From the NCBI RefSeq assembly GCF_056746865.1, contig NZ_CM163382.1: a stretch of DNA of 64,000 nt, one strand, 5' to 3'. The position numbers were made by a program, and so were the translations under genes. How positions within the stretch are numbered: position 1 is the stretch's first letter; each line of letters starts with the position of its first letter. The notes beneath the pieces were generated by a model that worked only from the letters and a program-made list of their open reading frames with translations, made no database searches and was not told the DNA's origin. Of the stretch, positions 1 through 16,822 are shown piece after piece.

Positions 1-315
1 CCTCACGCATTCGCGCTGGGCTTTGTTGAAGCGCCACGTGGTGAAGACGTGCACTGGAGCATGCTCGGTGATAACCAAAAATTGTTCCGCTGGCGCTGTC
101 GTGCCGCCACCTACGCCAACTGGCCAGTGCTACGTTACATGCTGCGCGGCAATACCGTTTCTGACGCACCGCTGATTATCGGTAGCCTTGATCCCTGCTA
201 CTCCTGTACCGACCGTGTGACGCTGGTTGATGTGCGCAAGCGCCAGTCAAAAACCGTGCCGTATAAAGAGATCGAACGCTACGGCATTGATCGTAACCGT
301 TCGCCGCTGAAGTAA
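1..315 (+). CDS. hyfG: hydrogenase-4 large subunit, C-terminal fragment (5' end lies outside the window)
   Basis: Reading frame open to the window edge with stop at 315; directly precedes hyfH-I-J-R-focB in the conserved E. coli hyf operon order. Confidence 0.65.
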   Translation, partial: PHAFALGFVEAPRGEDVHWSMLGDNQKLFRWRCRAATYANWPVLRYMLRGNTVSDAPLIIGSLDPCYSCTDRVTLVDVRKRQSKTVPYKEIERYGIDRNRSPLK

Positions 316-324
316 GGACAGAAG

Positions 325-870
325 ATGCTGAAGTTACTGAAAACTATTATGCGCGCCGGAACCGCGACGGTGAAATATCCCTTCGCGCCACTGGAGGTCA
401 GCCCAGGCTTTCGCGGGAAACCGGACCTGATGCCCAGCCAATGTATTGCCTGCGGTGCCTGCGCCTGTGCTTGTCCGGCAAATGCGCTGACTATCCAGAC
501 CGACGACCAGCAAAATACGCGCACCTGGCAGCTCTATCTGGGGCGTTGTATTTACTGCGGACGTTGTGAAGAAGTGTGCCCGACCAGAGCCATTCAGCTT
601 ACCAATAACTTTGAACTGACCGTCACCAATAAAGCCGATCTCTATACCCGCGCGACGTTCCATCTACAACGTTGCAGCCGTTGCGAACGCCCGTTTGCCC
701 CGCAAAAAACCGTCGCACTGGCTGCAGAACTGTTGGCACAGCAACAAAATGCACCACAAAACCGCGAAATGTTACGGGCGCAAGCGAGCGTCTGCCCGGA
801 ATGCAAACAGCGCGCGACGCTGATCAACGACGACACAGATGAACCGCTGGTGGCTAAGGAGCAGCTATGA
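325..870 (+). CDS. hyfH: hydrogenase-4 component H, 4Fe-4S ferredoxin-type subunit
   Basis: 181 aa; two 4Fe-4S cysteine motifs ([12 protein letters not shown] and [12 protein letters not shown]); overlaps hyfI start. Confidence 0.85.
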   Translation: MLKLLKTIMRAGTATVKYPFAPLEVSPGFRGKPDLMPSQCIACGACACACPANALTIQTDDQQNTRTWQLYLGRCIYCGRCEEVCPTRAIQLTNNFELTVTNKADLYTRATFHLQRCSRCERPFAPQKTVALAAELLAQQQNAPQNREMLRAQASVCPECKQRATLINDDTDEPLVAKEQL

Positions 871-1625
871 GTCCAGTGCTTACGCAACATGTCAGCCAGC
901 CCATCACGCTGGACGAGCAAACGCAAAAGATGAAGCAGCATTTGCTACAGGATATCCGTCGCTCGGCTTACGTTTATCGCGTCGATTGCGGCGGCTGCAA
1001 CGCCTGTGAAATCGAAATTTTTGCTGCCATCACACCCGTATTCGACGCAGAACGTTTTGGCATTAAGGTTGTTTCATCACCGCGTCACGCCGATATTTTG
1101 TTATTTACTGGCGCAGTCACCCGGGCGATGCGTATGCCTGCACTTCGGGCGTATGAGTCTGCCCCCGATCATAAAATTTGTGTTTCCTACGGCGCGTGCG
1201 GTGTCGGCGGCGGTATTTTCCACGATCTTTACAGCGTCTGGGGCGGCAGCGACACCATTGTCCCCATTGATGTTTGGATCCCCGGCTGCCCGCCAACACC
1301 GGCCGCCACCATTCACGGTTTCGCCGTGGCGCTCGGTTTGCTGCAACAGAAGATTCACGCGGTGGATTATCGCGATCCCACCGGGGAGACCATGCAACCG
1401 CTGTGGCCGCAGATCCCGCCATCACAGCGTATCGCCATTGAGCGAGAAGCGAGGCGGCTGGCGGGCTATCGTCAGGGGCGAGAAATTTGCGATCGGCTCC
1501 TGCGCCATTTAAGCGACGATCCTACAGGAAATCGGGTTAACACCTGGTTGCGCGATGCCGACGATCCGCGTCTCAATAGTATCGTTCAGCAACTCTTTCG
1601 CGTACTCCGGGGGTTACATGACTGA
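867..1625 (+). CDS. hyfI: hydrogenase-4 small subunit (NuoB-like)
   Basis: 252 aa; [10 protein letters not shown] and GCPP motifs typical of NuoB/HycG-type small subunits. Confidence 0.85.
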   Translation: MSPVLTQHVSQPITLDEQTQKMKQHLLQDIRRSAYVYRVDCGGCNACEIEIFAAITPVFDAERFGIKVVSSPRHADILLFTGAVTRAMRMPALRAYESAPDHKICVSYGACGVGGGIFHDLYSVWGGSDTIVPIDVWIPGCPPTPAATIHGFAVALGLLQQKIHAVDYRDPTGETMQPLWPQIPPSQRIAIEREARRLAGYRQGREICDRLLRHLSDDPTGNRVNTWLRDADDPRLNSIVQQLFRVLRGLHD

Positions 1626-2031
1626 AGAGTGCAGGGAAATTGTTTTCTGGACGCTGCGAAAAAAGTTTGTCGCCAGTAGCGACGAGATGCCGGAACACAG
1701 CTCCCAGGTAATGTATTACTCGCTAGCTATCGGCCATCACGTTGGCGTGATTGATTGTCTGAATGTCGCCTTCCGCTGCCCACTGACGGAATACGAAGAT
1801 TGGCTTGCACTGGTCGAAGAGGAGCAAGCCCGACGTAAGATGCTGGGGGTGATGACCTTTGGTGAGATTGTTATTGACGCCAGCCACACCACCCTGTTGA
1901 CCCGGGCATTCGCGCCACTGGCAGATGACGCGACGTCTGTGTGGCAGGCGCGTAGCATTCAATTCATTCATCTGTTGGATGAAATTGTGCAGGAACCGGC
2001 CATCTATCTGATGGCCAGAAAAATTGCGTGA
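1618..2031 (+). CDS. hyfJ: hydrogenase-4 maturation/assembly component (HycH-like)
   Basis: 137 aa from the ATG at 1618, overlapping the hyfI stop; the ORF track starts further upstream at 1555. Confidence 0.75.
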   Translation: MTEECREIVFWTLRKKFVASSDEMPEHSSQVMYYSLAIGHHVGVIDCLNVAFRCPLTEYEDWLALVEEEQARRKMLGVMTFGEIVIDASHTTLLTRAFAPLADDATSVWQARSIQFIHLLDEIVQEPAIYLMARKIA

Positions 2032-2057
2032 GAAGGATTTCTCATTAATAAGGACTG

Positions 2058-4073
2058 TTGATGGCTATGTCAGACGAGGCGATGTTTGCCCCGCCGCAAG
2101 GAATAACAATTGAAGCGGTAAACGGAATGCTCGCGGAGCGGTTAGCGCAGAAACACGGCAAGGCGTCTTTATTACGCGCCTTCATCCCGCTGCCGCCGCC
2201 GTTCAGCCCGGTACAACTTATTGAACTGCACGTTCTCAAAAGCAACTTCTATTACCGCTACCATGATGATGGCAGCGATGTGACGGCAACAGCAGAGTAT
2301 CAGGGCGAGATGGTCGATTATTCGCGTCACGCCGTCCTTCTCGGCAGTAGTGGAATGGCGGAGCTACGCTTTATTCGCACCCACGGCAGTCGTTTTACTC
2401 CCCAGGATTGCACACTGTTTAACTGGCTGGCACACATAATCACTCCGGTTCTGCAATCATGGCTCAATGATGAAGAACAGCAGGTGGCGCTGCGTTTGCT
2501 GGAGAAAGATCGCGATCATCATCGGGTACTGGTGGATATCACTAATGCAGTGTTGTCACATCTTGATCTCGACGATCTGATCGCTGACGTCGCTCGTGAG
2601 ATCCATCATTTTTTCGGTCTGGCTTCAGTCAGTATGGTACTGGGCGATCATCGAAAGAACGAGAAGTTCAGCCTGTGGTGCAGCGATCTTTCTGCCTCAC
2701 ATTGTGCGTGTCTGCCACGCTGTATGCCTGGCGAAAGTGTATTGCTGACACAAACGCTACAAACCCGACAACCGACCTTGACGCACCGTGCAGACGATCT
2801 GTTTCTCTGGCAACGCGACCCGTTATTACACTTACTTGCATCTAACGGCTGCGAATCTGCGCTCCTTATACCGCTCACCTTTGGCAACCATACACCGGGC
2901 ACATTGTTGCTGGCGCATACCTCTTCCACTCTCTTTAGTGAGGAAAACTGCCAGCTACTACAACATATTGCCGATCGCATCGCTATTGCCGTTGGCAATG
3001 CCGATGCCTGGCGCAGCATGACCGATTTGCAGGAAAGCTTGCAGCAAGAAAACCACCAGCTTAGCGAGCAGCTCCTTTCGAATCTGGGCGTCGGTGACAT
3101 TATCTATCAAAGCCAGGCAATGGAAGATTTGCTCCAGCAGGTAGATATTGTGGCGAAGAGCGACAGTACGGTGTTGATTTGTGGTGAAACCGGAACCGGC
3201 AAAGAGGTGATCGCCAGAGCGATCCATCAACTTAGCCCACGACGCGACAAGCCACTGGTCAAAATCAACTGCGCTGCCATCCCCGCCAGTCTTCTGGAAA
3301 GTGAGTTATTCGGTCATGACAAAGGGGCATTTACTGGTGCGATTAATACCCATCGTGGTCGTTTTGAAATTGCCGATGGCGGCACGTTGTTTCTCGATGA
3401 AATTGGCGATCTGCCGTTAGAACTTCAGCCTAAACTGCTGCGCGTATTGCAGGAACGGGAGATTGAGCGTCTCGGCGGGAGTAGAACGATCCCGGTAAAT
3501 GTCAGAGTCATTGCCGCCACCAACCGTGATTTGTGGCAAATGGTTGAAGATCGCCAGTTTCGCAGCGATCTCTTTTATCGCCTGAATGTCTTCCCACTGG
3601 AATTGCCCCCGCTACGCGACCGTCCGGAAGATATCCCTCTTTTAGCAAAACATTTCACGCAAAAAATGGCGCGCCATATGAATCGCGCAATTGACGCCAT
3701 CCCGACCGAGGCGCTACGCCAGTTGATGTCGTGGGACTGGCCGGGCAACGTGCGCGAGCTGGAAAACGTGATTGAGCGGGCGGTACTACTGACTCGCGGT
3801 AACAGTCTGAATTTACATCTTAATGTCCGACAAAGCCGTTTACTGCCGACGCTAAATGAAGATTCAGCGCTTCGCAGTTCAATGGCACAGTTGCTGCACC
3901 CGACGACGCCAGAGAATGACGAAGAAGAACGTCAGCGCATTGTTCAGGTATTGCGAGAAACCAATGGCATTGTTGCCGGGCCCCGTGGCGCGGCGACACG
4001 ATTAGGGATGAAGCGCACCACGCTGCTGTCACGAATGCAGCGTCTGGGGATCTCGGTTCGCGAGGTGTTGTAA
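2058..4073 (+). CDS. hyfR: sigma-54-dependent transcriptional activator of the hyf operon (FhlA-like)
   Basis: 671 aa; GETGTGKE Walker A, GAFTGA sigma-54 contact motif, C-terminal HTH. Confidence 0.85.
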   Translation: MMAMSDEAMFAPPQGITIEAVNGMLAERLAQKHGKASLLRAFIPLPPPFSPVQLIELHVLKSNFYYRYHDDGSDVTATAEYQGEMVDYSRHAVLLGSSGMAELRFIRTHGSRFTPQDCTLFNWLAHIITPVLQSWLNDEEQQVALRLLEKDRDHHRVLVDITNAVLSHLDLDDLIADVAREIHHFFGLASVSMVLGDHRKNEKFSLWCSDLSASHCACLPRCMPGESVLLTQTLQTRQPTLTHRADDLFLWQRDPLLHLLASNGCESALLIPLTFGNHTPGTLLLAHTSSTLFSEENCQLLQHIADRIAIAVGNADAWRSMTDLQESLQQENHQLSEQLLSNLGVGDIIYQSQAMEDLLQQVDIVAKSDSTVLICGETGTGKEVIARAIHQLSPRRDKPLVKINCAAIPASLLESELFGHDKGAFTGAINTHRGRFEIADGGTLFLDEIGDLPLELQPKLLRVLQEREIERLGGSRTIPVNVRVIAATNRDLWQMVEDRQFRSDLFYRLNVFPLELPPLRDRPEDIPLLAKHFTQKMARHMNRAIDAIPTEALRQLMSWDWPGNVRELENVIERAVLLTRGNSLNLHLNVRQSRLLPTLNEDSALRSSMAQLLHPTTPENDEEERQRIVQVLRETNGIVAGPRGAATRLGMKRTTLLSRMQRLGISVREVL

Positions 4074-4094
4074 TCTGCTTTTGCAGGAGTATTC

Positions 4095-4943
4095 ATGAGA
4101 AACAAACTCTCTTTCGACTTGCAGTTGAGCGCCAGAAAAGCGGCAATCGCTGAACGGATTGCCGCCCATAAAATTGCCCGCAGCAAAGTGTCGGTCTTTT
4201 TAATGGCGATGTCCGCTGGCGTGTTTATGGCGATCGGATTTACTTTTTACCTTTCCGTTATCGCCGATGCCCCGTCTTCACAGGCATTAACCCATCTGGT
4301 GGGTGGCCTTTGCTTTACACTCGGCTTTATTTTGCTGGCGGTTTGCGGCACCAGCCTGTTCACCTCGTCGGTAATGACGGTGATGGCAAAAAGTCGGGGC
4401 GTTATTAGCTGGCGAACATGGCTGATTAATGCACTTCTGGTGGCCTGCGGTAATCTGGCAGGTATTGCCTGTTTCAGTTTGTTAATCTGGTTTTCCGGGC
4501 TGGTGATGAGTGAAAACGCGATGTGGGGAGTCGCGGTTTTACACTGCGCCGAGGGCAAAATGCATCATACATTTACTGAATCTGTCAGCCTCGGCATTAT
4601 GTGCAATCTGATGGTTTGCCTGGCGCTGTGGATGAGTTATTGCGGGCGTTCATTATGCGACAAAATCGTCGCCATGATTTTGCCCATCACCCTGTTTGTC
4701 GCCAGTGGCTTTGAGCACTGTATCGCCAATTTGTTTGTGATTCCGTTCGCCATTGCCATTCGCCATTTCGCCCCTCCCCCCTTCTGGCAACTGGCGCACA
4801 GTAGCGCAGACAATTTTCCGGCACTGACGGTCAGCCATTTTATTACCGCCAATCTGCTCCCGGTGATGCTGGGTAATATTATCGGCGGTGCAGTGCTGGT
4901 GAGTATTTGTTATCGGGCTATTTATTTACGTCAGGAACCCTAA
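4095..4943 (+). CDS. focB: formate channel, FNT family
   Basis: 282 aa polytopic membrane protein following hyfR, as in E. coli. Confidence 0.85.
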   Translation: MRNKLSFDLQLSARKAAIAERIAAHKIARSKVSVFLMAMSAGVFMAIGFTFYLSVIADAPSSQALTHLVGGLCFTLGFILLAVCGTSLFTSSVMTVMAKSRGVISWRTWLINALLVACGNLAGIACFSLLIWFSGLVMSENAMWGVAVLHCAEGKMHHTFTESVSLGIMCNLMVCLALWMSYCGRSLCDKIVAMILPITLFVASGFEHCIANLFVIPFAIAIRHFAPPPFWQLAHSSADNFPALTVSHFITANLLPVMLGNIIGGAVLVSICYRAIYLRQEP

Positions 4944-4979
4944 AAATCAGCCCGGCGAAACAGTTCGTCGGGCTGAAGA

Positions 4980-6041
4980 TTATTCTTGCGCGATTTGCCC
5001 ATCGGGCCAGGCGTGAATCACGGCTTTGATCAGCGTCGCCAATGGAATGGCGAAGAATACGCCCCAGAATCCCCACAAACCACCGAAGATCACTACTGAT
5101 AAAATAATGACCAGCGGATGCAGGTTAACCGCTTCGGAGAACAACACAGGTACTAACAGGTTGCCGTCCAGCGCCTGAATAATCAGATACACCGCGAAGC
5201 AGCTCCAGAATTCCGTGCCAGCACCAAACTGGAATAGCGCCACGCCAACCACCGGAATGGTCACCACAAATGCACCAATGTACGGAATAAGTACCGAGAA
5301 GCCGACCAGCACCGCCAGCAGCAGCGAATAGTTCAGCCCGAAGAGTAAGAATCCCAGCCAGGTGGCAATCCCCACCACGATCATCTCCAGCACTTTGCCG
5401 CGGATATAGTTGGTGATTTGTTGATTCATCTCCTTCCACACCTGTCCTGCCAGTCCACGGTTACGTGGCAGCACCCGGCGAACGGCGTTCAGCATCTGCT
5501 CTTTGTCTTTCAGCAGGAAGAAGACCATCAATGGTACCAGCACCAGATAGACGGCAATGGTCAGCAAACCGACCAGCGAGGCGAGGGAAATTTTCACCAC
5601 CGAATCGCCCATGGTCAGCATCCGACTGCGCATATTTTCGGCCATTGCATCAATAATGCCCGCGTCCATTAACGCCGGATAGCGGCGCGGCAACGTGGCG
5701 GCAAAGTCAGAAAGCTTATTGAGCATCCCCGGCATATCGCGGATTAAGTAGATGCCCTGTTGCCAGGCGATAGGCAGTACCACGAACGCCATCAGTAGCA
5801 ATATACCGACGAAAACCACCAATACAATCGACGTCGCCCAGCGGCGGGAGCAGCCAATAGATTGCAGGCGCACGGTTGGCCATTCCAGCAAATAGGCCAG
5901 CACAATAGCCACCAGCAACGGAGCAAGCAGGCCACTAAAGAAAAAGATAATGCCAAATCCGGCAACTAAAATAACCAGCAAGGCAATCGCTTCCGGGTCG
6001 CTAAAACGGCGGCGATACCATTGCATCAACATTTCGAGCAT
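4980..6041 (-). CDS. perM: AI-2E family transporter (YfgO/PerM)
   Basis: 353 aa multi-pass membrane protein in the conserved position opposite bepA. Confidence 0.8.
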   Translation of the reverse strand: MLEMLMQWYRRRFSDPEAIALLVILVAGFGIIFFFSGLLAPLLVAIVLAYLLEWPTVRLQSIGCSRRWATSIVLVVFVGILLLMAFVVLPIAWQQGIYLIRDMPGMLNKLSDFAATLPRRYPALMDAGIIDAMAENMRSRMLTMGDSVVKISLASLVGLLTIAVYLVLVPLMVFFLLKDKEQMLNAVRRVLPRNRGLAGQVWKEMNQQITNYIRGKVLEMIVVGIATWLGFLLFGLNYSLLLAVLVGFSVLIPYIGAFVVTIPVVGVALFQFGAGTEFWSCFAVYLIIQALDGNLLVPVLFSEAVNLHPLVIILSVVIFGGLWGFWGVFFAIPLATLIKAVIHAWPDGQIAQE

Positions 6042-6253
6042 AAAGACCTTCCCTGAACCTCAAGAGCGGGATTGCGATCCGCAATTGTATCGAAATGTCA
6101 CAAAAAAGACTTCGCTTTTTATGACGGATTCAGGAAACTGAAAAGTCATTTGAGTGGGCTAATCTTCGCCGTTACACTCAAAGGCGGCGCGGTGGGAACG
6201 ATATTTCACAGTATCGGTCAAATGACTATCTCCAGAAATACAGGATAGAGGTT

Positions 6254-7717
6254 ATGTTCAGGCAGTTGAAAAAAAACCTGGTTGCAACCCTCATTGCTGC
6301 CATGACCATTGGTCAGGTAGCCCCGGCGTTTGCCGACAGCGCAGACACCTTGCCGGATATGGGAACCTCCGCAGGAAGCACGCTTTCCATTGGTCAGGAA
6401 ATGCAGATGGGCGACTATTATGTCCGCCAGCTACGCGGCAGCGCGCCGTTAATTAATGACCCGCTGTTAACGCAATATATTAATTCGCTGGGGATGCGTC
6501 TGGTTTCGCATGCCAATTCGGTTAAGACACCGTTTCATTTTTTTCTGATCAACAACGACGAAATTAACGCCTTTGCTTTCTTTGGCGGCAACGTGGTGCT
6601 GCACTCTGCCCTGTTCCGTTATTCCGATAACGAAAGTCAACTGGCTTCAGTTATGGCGCACGAAATCTCCCACGTCACCCAACGTCACCTGGCGCGAGCG
6701 ATGGAAGATCAACAACGCAGCGCGCCGCTGACCTGGGTCGGCGCGTTAGGTTCTATTTTACTGGCGATGGCCAGTCCGCAGGCGGGGATGGCGGCGCTGA
6801 CCGGTACACTGGCGGGAACGCGCCAGGGGATGATCAGTTTCACCCAGCAAAATGAACAGGAAGCGGACCGCATTGGTATTCAGGTGCTGCAACGCTCGGG
6901 ATTCGATCCGCAGGCGATGCCGACCTTCCTCGAAAAATTGCTCGATCAGGCGCGTTACTCCTCGCGTCCGCCGGAAATTTTATTGACTCACCCGTTGCCG
7001 GAAAGTCGTCTGGCAGATGCCCGCAACCGTGCTAATCAGATGCGTCCGATGGTGGTGCAGTCGTCGGAGGATTTCTATCTGGCGAAAGCGCGCACACTGG
7101 GGATGTATAATTCCGGACGTAATCAGCTCACCAGTGATTTGCTGGATGAATGGGCGAAAGGAAACGTTCGTCAGCAACGAGCAGCACAATATGGTCGTGC
7201 TTTACAGGCGATGGAAGCCAATAAATACGACGAGGCGCGTAAAACGCTGCAACCGTTACTGGCGGCAGAACCTGGCAACGCATGGTATCTCGATCTGGCT
7301 ACCGATATCGATCTTGGGCAAAACAAAGCCAATGAGGCAATCAATCGCCTGAAAAATGCCCGTGATTTGCGCACCAATCCGGTGTTGCAGCTCAACCTGG
7401 CGAACGCTTATCTGCAAGGCGGTCAACCACAAGAAGCGGCCAATATTCTGAATCGCTACACTTTTAACAATAAAGATGACAGCAATGGCTGGGATTTACT
7501 GGCACAGGCGGAGGCGGCGCTAAATAACCGCGATCAGGAACTGGCTGCGCGAGCAGAAGGTTATGCGCTCGCCGGGCGACTCGATCAGGCCATTTCCTTG
7601 TTGAGTAGCGCCAGTTCGCAGGTGAAATTAGGCAGCCTGCAACAAGCGCGTTACGATGCGCGCATCGACCAATTGCGCCAGCTGCAGGAACGCTTTAAGC
7701 CTTATACCAAGATGTAA
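6254..7717 (+). CDS. bepA: periplasmic beta-barrel assembly-enhancing protease (M48 metalloprotease with TPR domain)
   Basis: 487 aa; signal peptide, HEISH zinc-binding motif, C-terminal TPR-like repeats. Confidence 0.85.
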
Positions 7718-7737
7718 TTCGCATTAAAGGAAGAACA

Positions 7738-8097
7738 ATGACCAAACAGGTAAAAATCTACCATAACCCACGCTGTTCAAAGAGCCGGGAAACGCTGAAC
7801 CTGCTGAAAGAAAACGGCGTGGAGCCAGAAGTGGTGCTCTACCTTGAGACACCCGCCGATGCGGCAACGCTGCGCGATTTGCTGAAAATGCTGGGGATGA
7901 ATAGCGCCCGTGAATTGATGCGCCAGAAAGAGGATCTTTATAAAGAACTGAACCTGGCTGACAGTTCACTTAGCGAAGAGGCGCTGATTCAGGCAATGGT
8001 GGATAATCCGAAGCTAATGGAGCGCCCGATTGTGGTCGCGAATGGCAAAGCGCGAATTGGTCGTCCACCGGAGCAGGTGCTGGAAATCGTGGGTTAA
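7738..8097 (+). CDS. yfgD: ArsC/Spx-family thioredoxin-fold protein
   Basis: 119 aa; N-terminal CxxS-type motif (HNPRCSKSR); conserved position after bepA. Confidence 0.8.
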   Translation: MTKQVKIYHNPRCSKSRETLNLLKENGVEPEVVLYLETPADAATLRDLLKMLGMNSARELMRQKEDLYKELNLADSSLSEEALIQAMVDNPKLMERPIVVANGKARIGRPPEQVLEIVG

Positions 8098-8202
8098 GAA
8101 GTGCTCCATCGCTAGTTGAAGCACATTGCCGGATGCGACGCTTGCCGCGTCTTATCCGGCCGACGAATACTATGGGTGCATTTCCGACAATAAACGTCTT
8201 GT

Positions 8203-8904
8203 CTACAGTTTCAGAATTTCTTTCACAAACGGAATGGTCAGCTTACGTTGCGCGGTAATCGACGCACGATCCAACTGATCCAACGTCATAAATAACGTGC
8301 GCATTTCTCTGTCGAGCCGCTTCAGCAAGAAACGCCCCACATCTTCCGGCAGTTCAAAACCACGCAAACGCGCGCGTAACTGTAGCGCCTGCAACTTATC
8401 TTCATCAGAAAGTGGCTGCAATTTGTAGATCTGCCCCCAGTCGAGACGCGACGCGAGATCCGGTAATCCAAGATTCAACTGCCGCGGTGGACGATCGCCG
8501 GTGATTAACAACCGTGTTTTGCCCGATTCCAGAATTCGATTGTAGAGATCGAAAATCGCCATCTCCCACAACTCATCGCCTGCAATACACTCAATGTTGT
8601 CGATACAGACCAGCGACAAATGCTCCATACCGTCGAGCACTTCCGGAACAAACCAGGTGCGTTTATCCAGCGGGACATAGCCCACCGCATCGCCACGCTG
8701 CGACAATTCCGCGCAAGCCGCGTGCAGCAGATGGCTGCGCCCCGCGCCTTCGCGTGCCCAGAGATAGATGTAACCGCTATGTTCCTGACGCAGCACGTTT
8801 TGCAGCGCGGCCAGTAAAGAGGAGTTATCCCCCGGCCAGAAACTTGCAAAGGTTTCGTCGTCAGGAAGATAAAGTGGCAAAGAGAGCTGTGCCGGTGTGT
8901 TCAG
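8203..8904 (-). CDS. hda: DnaA-inactivating AAA+ protein Hda
   Basis: DnaA-domain-III-like AAA+ sequence; start placed at the CTG codon (8902-8904) that gives the 233-aa form, and the longer ORF (to 8949) is also possible. Confidence 0.75.
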
Positions 8905-8998
8905 AGATACCTCAACCAGGATTTCACAAAATCGCGAGAAGTTTACCACAGAATCCCATGATGTTTGAACCGGGCAGCAACACTGCCCGGTCGGTACA

Positions 8999-10288
8999 TT
9001 ATTTGTCTGTTATATCCGCGTCTTCTGCGTCCAGCACCACTTCTTCAGGGCGCAGCACACTAATCATTTTGAAGATCAAACTTAAGCCGATACCGACGAT
9101 GGTCGCCAGCGCCATACCTTTCAGCTCCGCCGCGCCGATGTTTACCTTCGCGCCACTGACACCGATGATCAAAATCACGGAAGTCAGGATCAGGTTCTGT
9201 GCTTTGTTGTAATCCACTTTCGATTCGATCAAAACACGAATACCGGAAGCACCGATGACACCATAAAGCAGCAGCGAAACGCCGCCCATCACCGGCAATG
9301 GGATCATCTGGATAGCAGCAGCCAGTTTACCGACGCAGGAAAGCAGGATAGCGAAAATCGTCGCCCCGCCGATAACCCAGGTACTGTAAACACGGGTGAT
9401 CGCCATCACGCCAATGTTTTCCCCGTAGGTGGTGTTTGGCGTGGAGCCAAAGAAGCCGGAGATCACGGTCGACAAGCCGTTAGCAAACATCGAACGGTGC
9501 AGACCTGGATCGCGCAGCAGATCTTTTTTGACGATATTAGCCGTTACCACCAGGTGCCCTACGTGTTCGGCAATAACCACTAACGCCGCTGGCAGAATAG
9601 TCAGAATGGCAAACCACTCGAAGCGCGGCGTATAGAGGGTTGGCAGCGCAAACCAGTGAGCATTAATAATCGGCGTGGTATCGACAATTCCCATTGCGAA
9701 AGAGAGCGCGTAACCCACCAGCACGCCAATTAAAATCGGGATAATTGCCAGGAAACCACGAAACAGCACGGAACCTAAAACCGTGACTGCCAGGGTGGTA
9801 ATGGAGATGATGATGGTTTTGGAGTCTGGCGTTTGCCCTTCAGCCGGGAGTAAACCTGCCATACCGGCAGCTACGCCCGCCAGCTCCAGACCGATGACGG
9901 CAACGATTGCGCCCATTGCCGCAGGTGGAAACAGCACGTCCAGCCAGCCGGTCCCCGCTTTCTTCACGATAAAAGAAACCAGGCAGAACAGCACGCCGCA
10001 CATAATAAAGCCGCCCAGCGCGACTTCATACCCTAACGGCAACAGTAACAATACCGGTGAAATAAAGGCAAAGCTGGAACCAAGATAAGCCGGGATTTTC
10101 CCTTTACAGATGAAGAGATACAGCAGCGTTCCTATACCGTTAAATAACAGTACAGTCGCCGGGTTAATATGAAATAAGACGGGCACCAGGACGGTTGCAC
10201 CAAACATGGCGAACAAATGTTGCAAACTAAGCGGGATTGTCTGTAAAAGTGGCGGTCTTTCACTCACCCCGATAGCACGGCGCGTCAT
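8999..10288 (-). CDS. uraA: uracil:H+ symporter
   Basis: 429 aa from the ATG at 10288; NCS2-family polytopic membrane protein upstream of upp. Confidence 0.85.
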   Translation of the reverse strand: MTRRAIGVSERPPLLQTIPLSLQHLFAMFGATVLVPVLFHINPATVLLFNGIGTLLYLFICKGKIPAYLGSSFAFISPVLLLLPLGYEVALGGFIMCGVLFCLVSFIVKKAGTGWLDVLFPPAAMGAIVAVIGLELAGVAAGMAGLLPAEGQTPDSKTIIISITTLAVTVLGSVLFRGFLAIIPILIGVLVGYALSFAMGIVDTTPIINAHWFALPTLYTPRFEWFAILTILPAALVVIAEHVGHLVVTANIVKKDLLRDPGLHRSMFANGLSTVISGFFGSTPNTTYGENIGVMAITRVYSTWVIGGATIFAILLSCVGKLAAAIQMIPLPVMGGVSLLLYGVIGASGIRVLIESKVDYNKAQNLILTSVILIIGVSGAKVNIGAAELKGMALATIVGIGLSLIFKMISVLRPEEVVLDAEDADITDK

Positions 10289-10373
10289 AGTATTATCCTC
10301 TGTATTATGTGTTATAGGCGCTTTACTCAAAAAAAAGCCGACTCTTAAAGTCGGCTTTAATTATTTTTATTCT

Positions 10374-11000
10374 TTATTTCGTACCAAAGATTTTGTCACC
10401 GGCATCGCCGAGGCCCGGAATAATGTATCCGTGCTCGTTCAGTCCCTGGTCAATTGATGCAGTATACAGTTCGACGTCCGGGTGCGCTTTTTCCAGCGCT
10501 GCGATACCTTCTGGTGCAGCTACCAGCACCAGAACTTTGATGCTGCTGCAGCCCGCTTTTTTCAGCAGGTCGATGGTCGCGATAACGGAACCACCGGTTG
10601 CCAGCATTGGGTCAACGATCAGCGCCATACGCTCATCGATGTTAGAAACCAGTTTCTGGAAGTACGGTACCGGCTCCAGCGTTTCTTCATTACGGTACAT
10701 ACCGACGACGCTGATGCGCGCGCTCGGAACGTTTTCCAGCACACCGTCCATCATCCCCAGACCCGCACGCAGAATTGGCACAACGGTAATTTTCTTACCT
10801 TTGATCTGGTCGATTTCTACCGGGCCGTTCCAGCCTTCGATAGTTACTTTTTCCGTTTCGAGGTCGGCGGTCGCTTCGTAAGTCAGCAGGCTACCCACTT
10901 CGGAAGCGAGTTCGCGAAAGCGCTTGGTGCTGATATCTTGCTCACGCATCAGTCCCAGCTTGTGTTTGACGAGTGGGTGTTTGACTTCCACGATCTTCAT
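10374..11000 (-). CDS. upp: uracil phosphoribosyltransferase
   Basis: 208 aa beginning [19 protein letters not shown]; PRPP-binding motif [12 protein letters not shown]. Confidence 0.9.
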
Positions 11001-11306
11001 ACTCTTTCTCCTTTGAGGGGCAGCCACAAAAAAAATCGACGGATTATACCTCCTTTCTTCAAGCCGGCAATATTATTTTCGTTGACTTTAGTCAAAATGA
11101 TAACGGTTTGAGATAAAGTTATTTTGTATTCAAATGGTTATGGAAGAAGATTATTCCATCCGAAAACGATCCTTTGCCCTGGTACAAGTATTCTTTCGCC
11201 GCGCGCCTGGGGAAAAGACGTGCAAAAAGGTTGTGTAAAGCAGTCTCGCAAACGTTTGCTTTCCCTGTTAGAATTGCGCCGAATTTTATTTTTCTACCGC
11301 AAGTAA

Positions 11307-12361
<1,055 letters not shown>

Positions 12362-12362
<1 letters not shown>

Positions 12363-13000
12363 TGAATATTGTGGTGCTTATTTCCGGCAACGGAAGTAAT
12401 TTGCAGGCAATTATTGACGCCTGCAAAACCAATAAAATTAAAGGCACCGTACGGGCAGTTTTCAGCAATAAGGCCGACGCGTTCGGCCTTGAACGCGCCC
12501 GCCAGGCGGGTATTGCAACGCATACGCTCATCGCCAGCGCGTTTGACAGTCGTGAAGCCTATGACCGGGAGTTGATTCATGAAATCGACATGTACGCACC
12601 CGATGTGGTCGTGCTGGCTGGTTTTATGCGCATTCTCAGCCCGGCGTTTGTCTCCCACTATGCCGGGCGTTTGCTGAACATTCACCCTTCTCTGCTGCCG
12701 AAATATCCCGGATTACACACCCATCGTCAGGCGCTGGAAAATGGCGATGAAGAGCACGGTACATCGGTGCATTTCGTCACCGATGAACTGGACGGTGGCC
12801 CGGTTATTTTACAGGCGAAAGTCCCGGTATTTGCTGGTGATACGGAAGATGATATCACCGCCCGCGTGCAAACCCAGGAACACGCTATTTATCCACTGGT
12901 GATTAGCTGGTTTGCCGATGGTCGTCTGAAAATGCACGAAAACGCCGCGTGGCTGGATGGTCAACGTCTGCCGCCGCAGGGCTACGCTGCCGACGAGTAA
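12362..13000 (+). CDS. purN: phosphoribosylglycinamide formyltransferase
   Basis: 212 aa; formyltransferase fold, start overlapping the purM stop (ATGA). Confidence 0.9.
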
Positions 13001-13165
13001 TGCCCCCGTAGTTAAAGCGCCAGCTCTGCCGCTGGCGTTTTTCAATTCACCTGTAAATCGCAAGCTCCAGCAGTTTTTTTCCCCCTTTTCTGGCATAGTT
13101 GGACATCTGCCAATATTGCTCGCCATAATATCCAGGCAGTGTCCCGTGAATAAAACGGAGTAAAA

Positions 13166-16784
<3,619 letters not shown>

Positions 16785-16822
16785 TGCTTTGCAGGCCGAC
16801 AAGAAATGTCGGCCTGCATTAT

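Noticed and set aside
334-941. Minus-strand ORFs (334-663, 642-941) overlapping hyfH
   Set aside because: Antisense to a well-supported, motif-bearing gene in a conserved operon; no Shine-Dalgarno or independent support.
1006-1512. Plus-strand alternative-frame ORF (168 aa) inside hyfI
   Set aside because: Out-of-frame overlap with the conserved hyfI gene; Arg/Ser-rich low-complexity translation typical of GC-rich off-frame reading.
10393-11111. Plus-strand ORFs (162 and 209 aa) antisense to upp
   Set aside because: They overlap upp, which is highly conserved, on the opposite strand; the composition is not protein-like.
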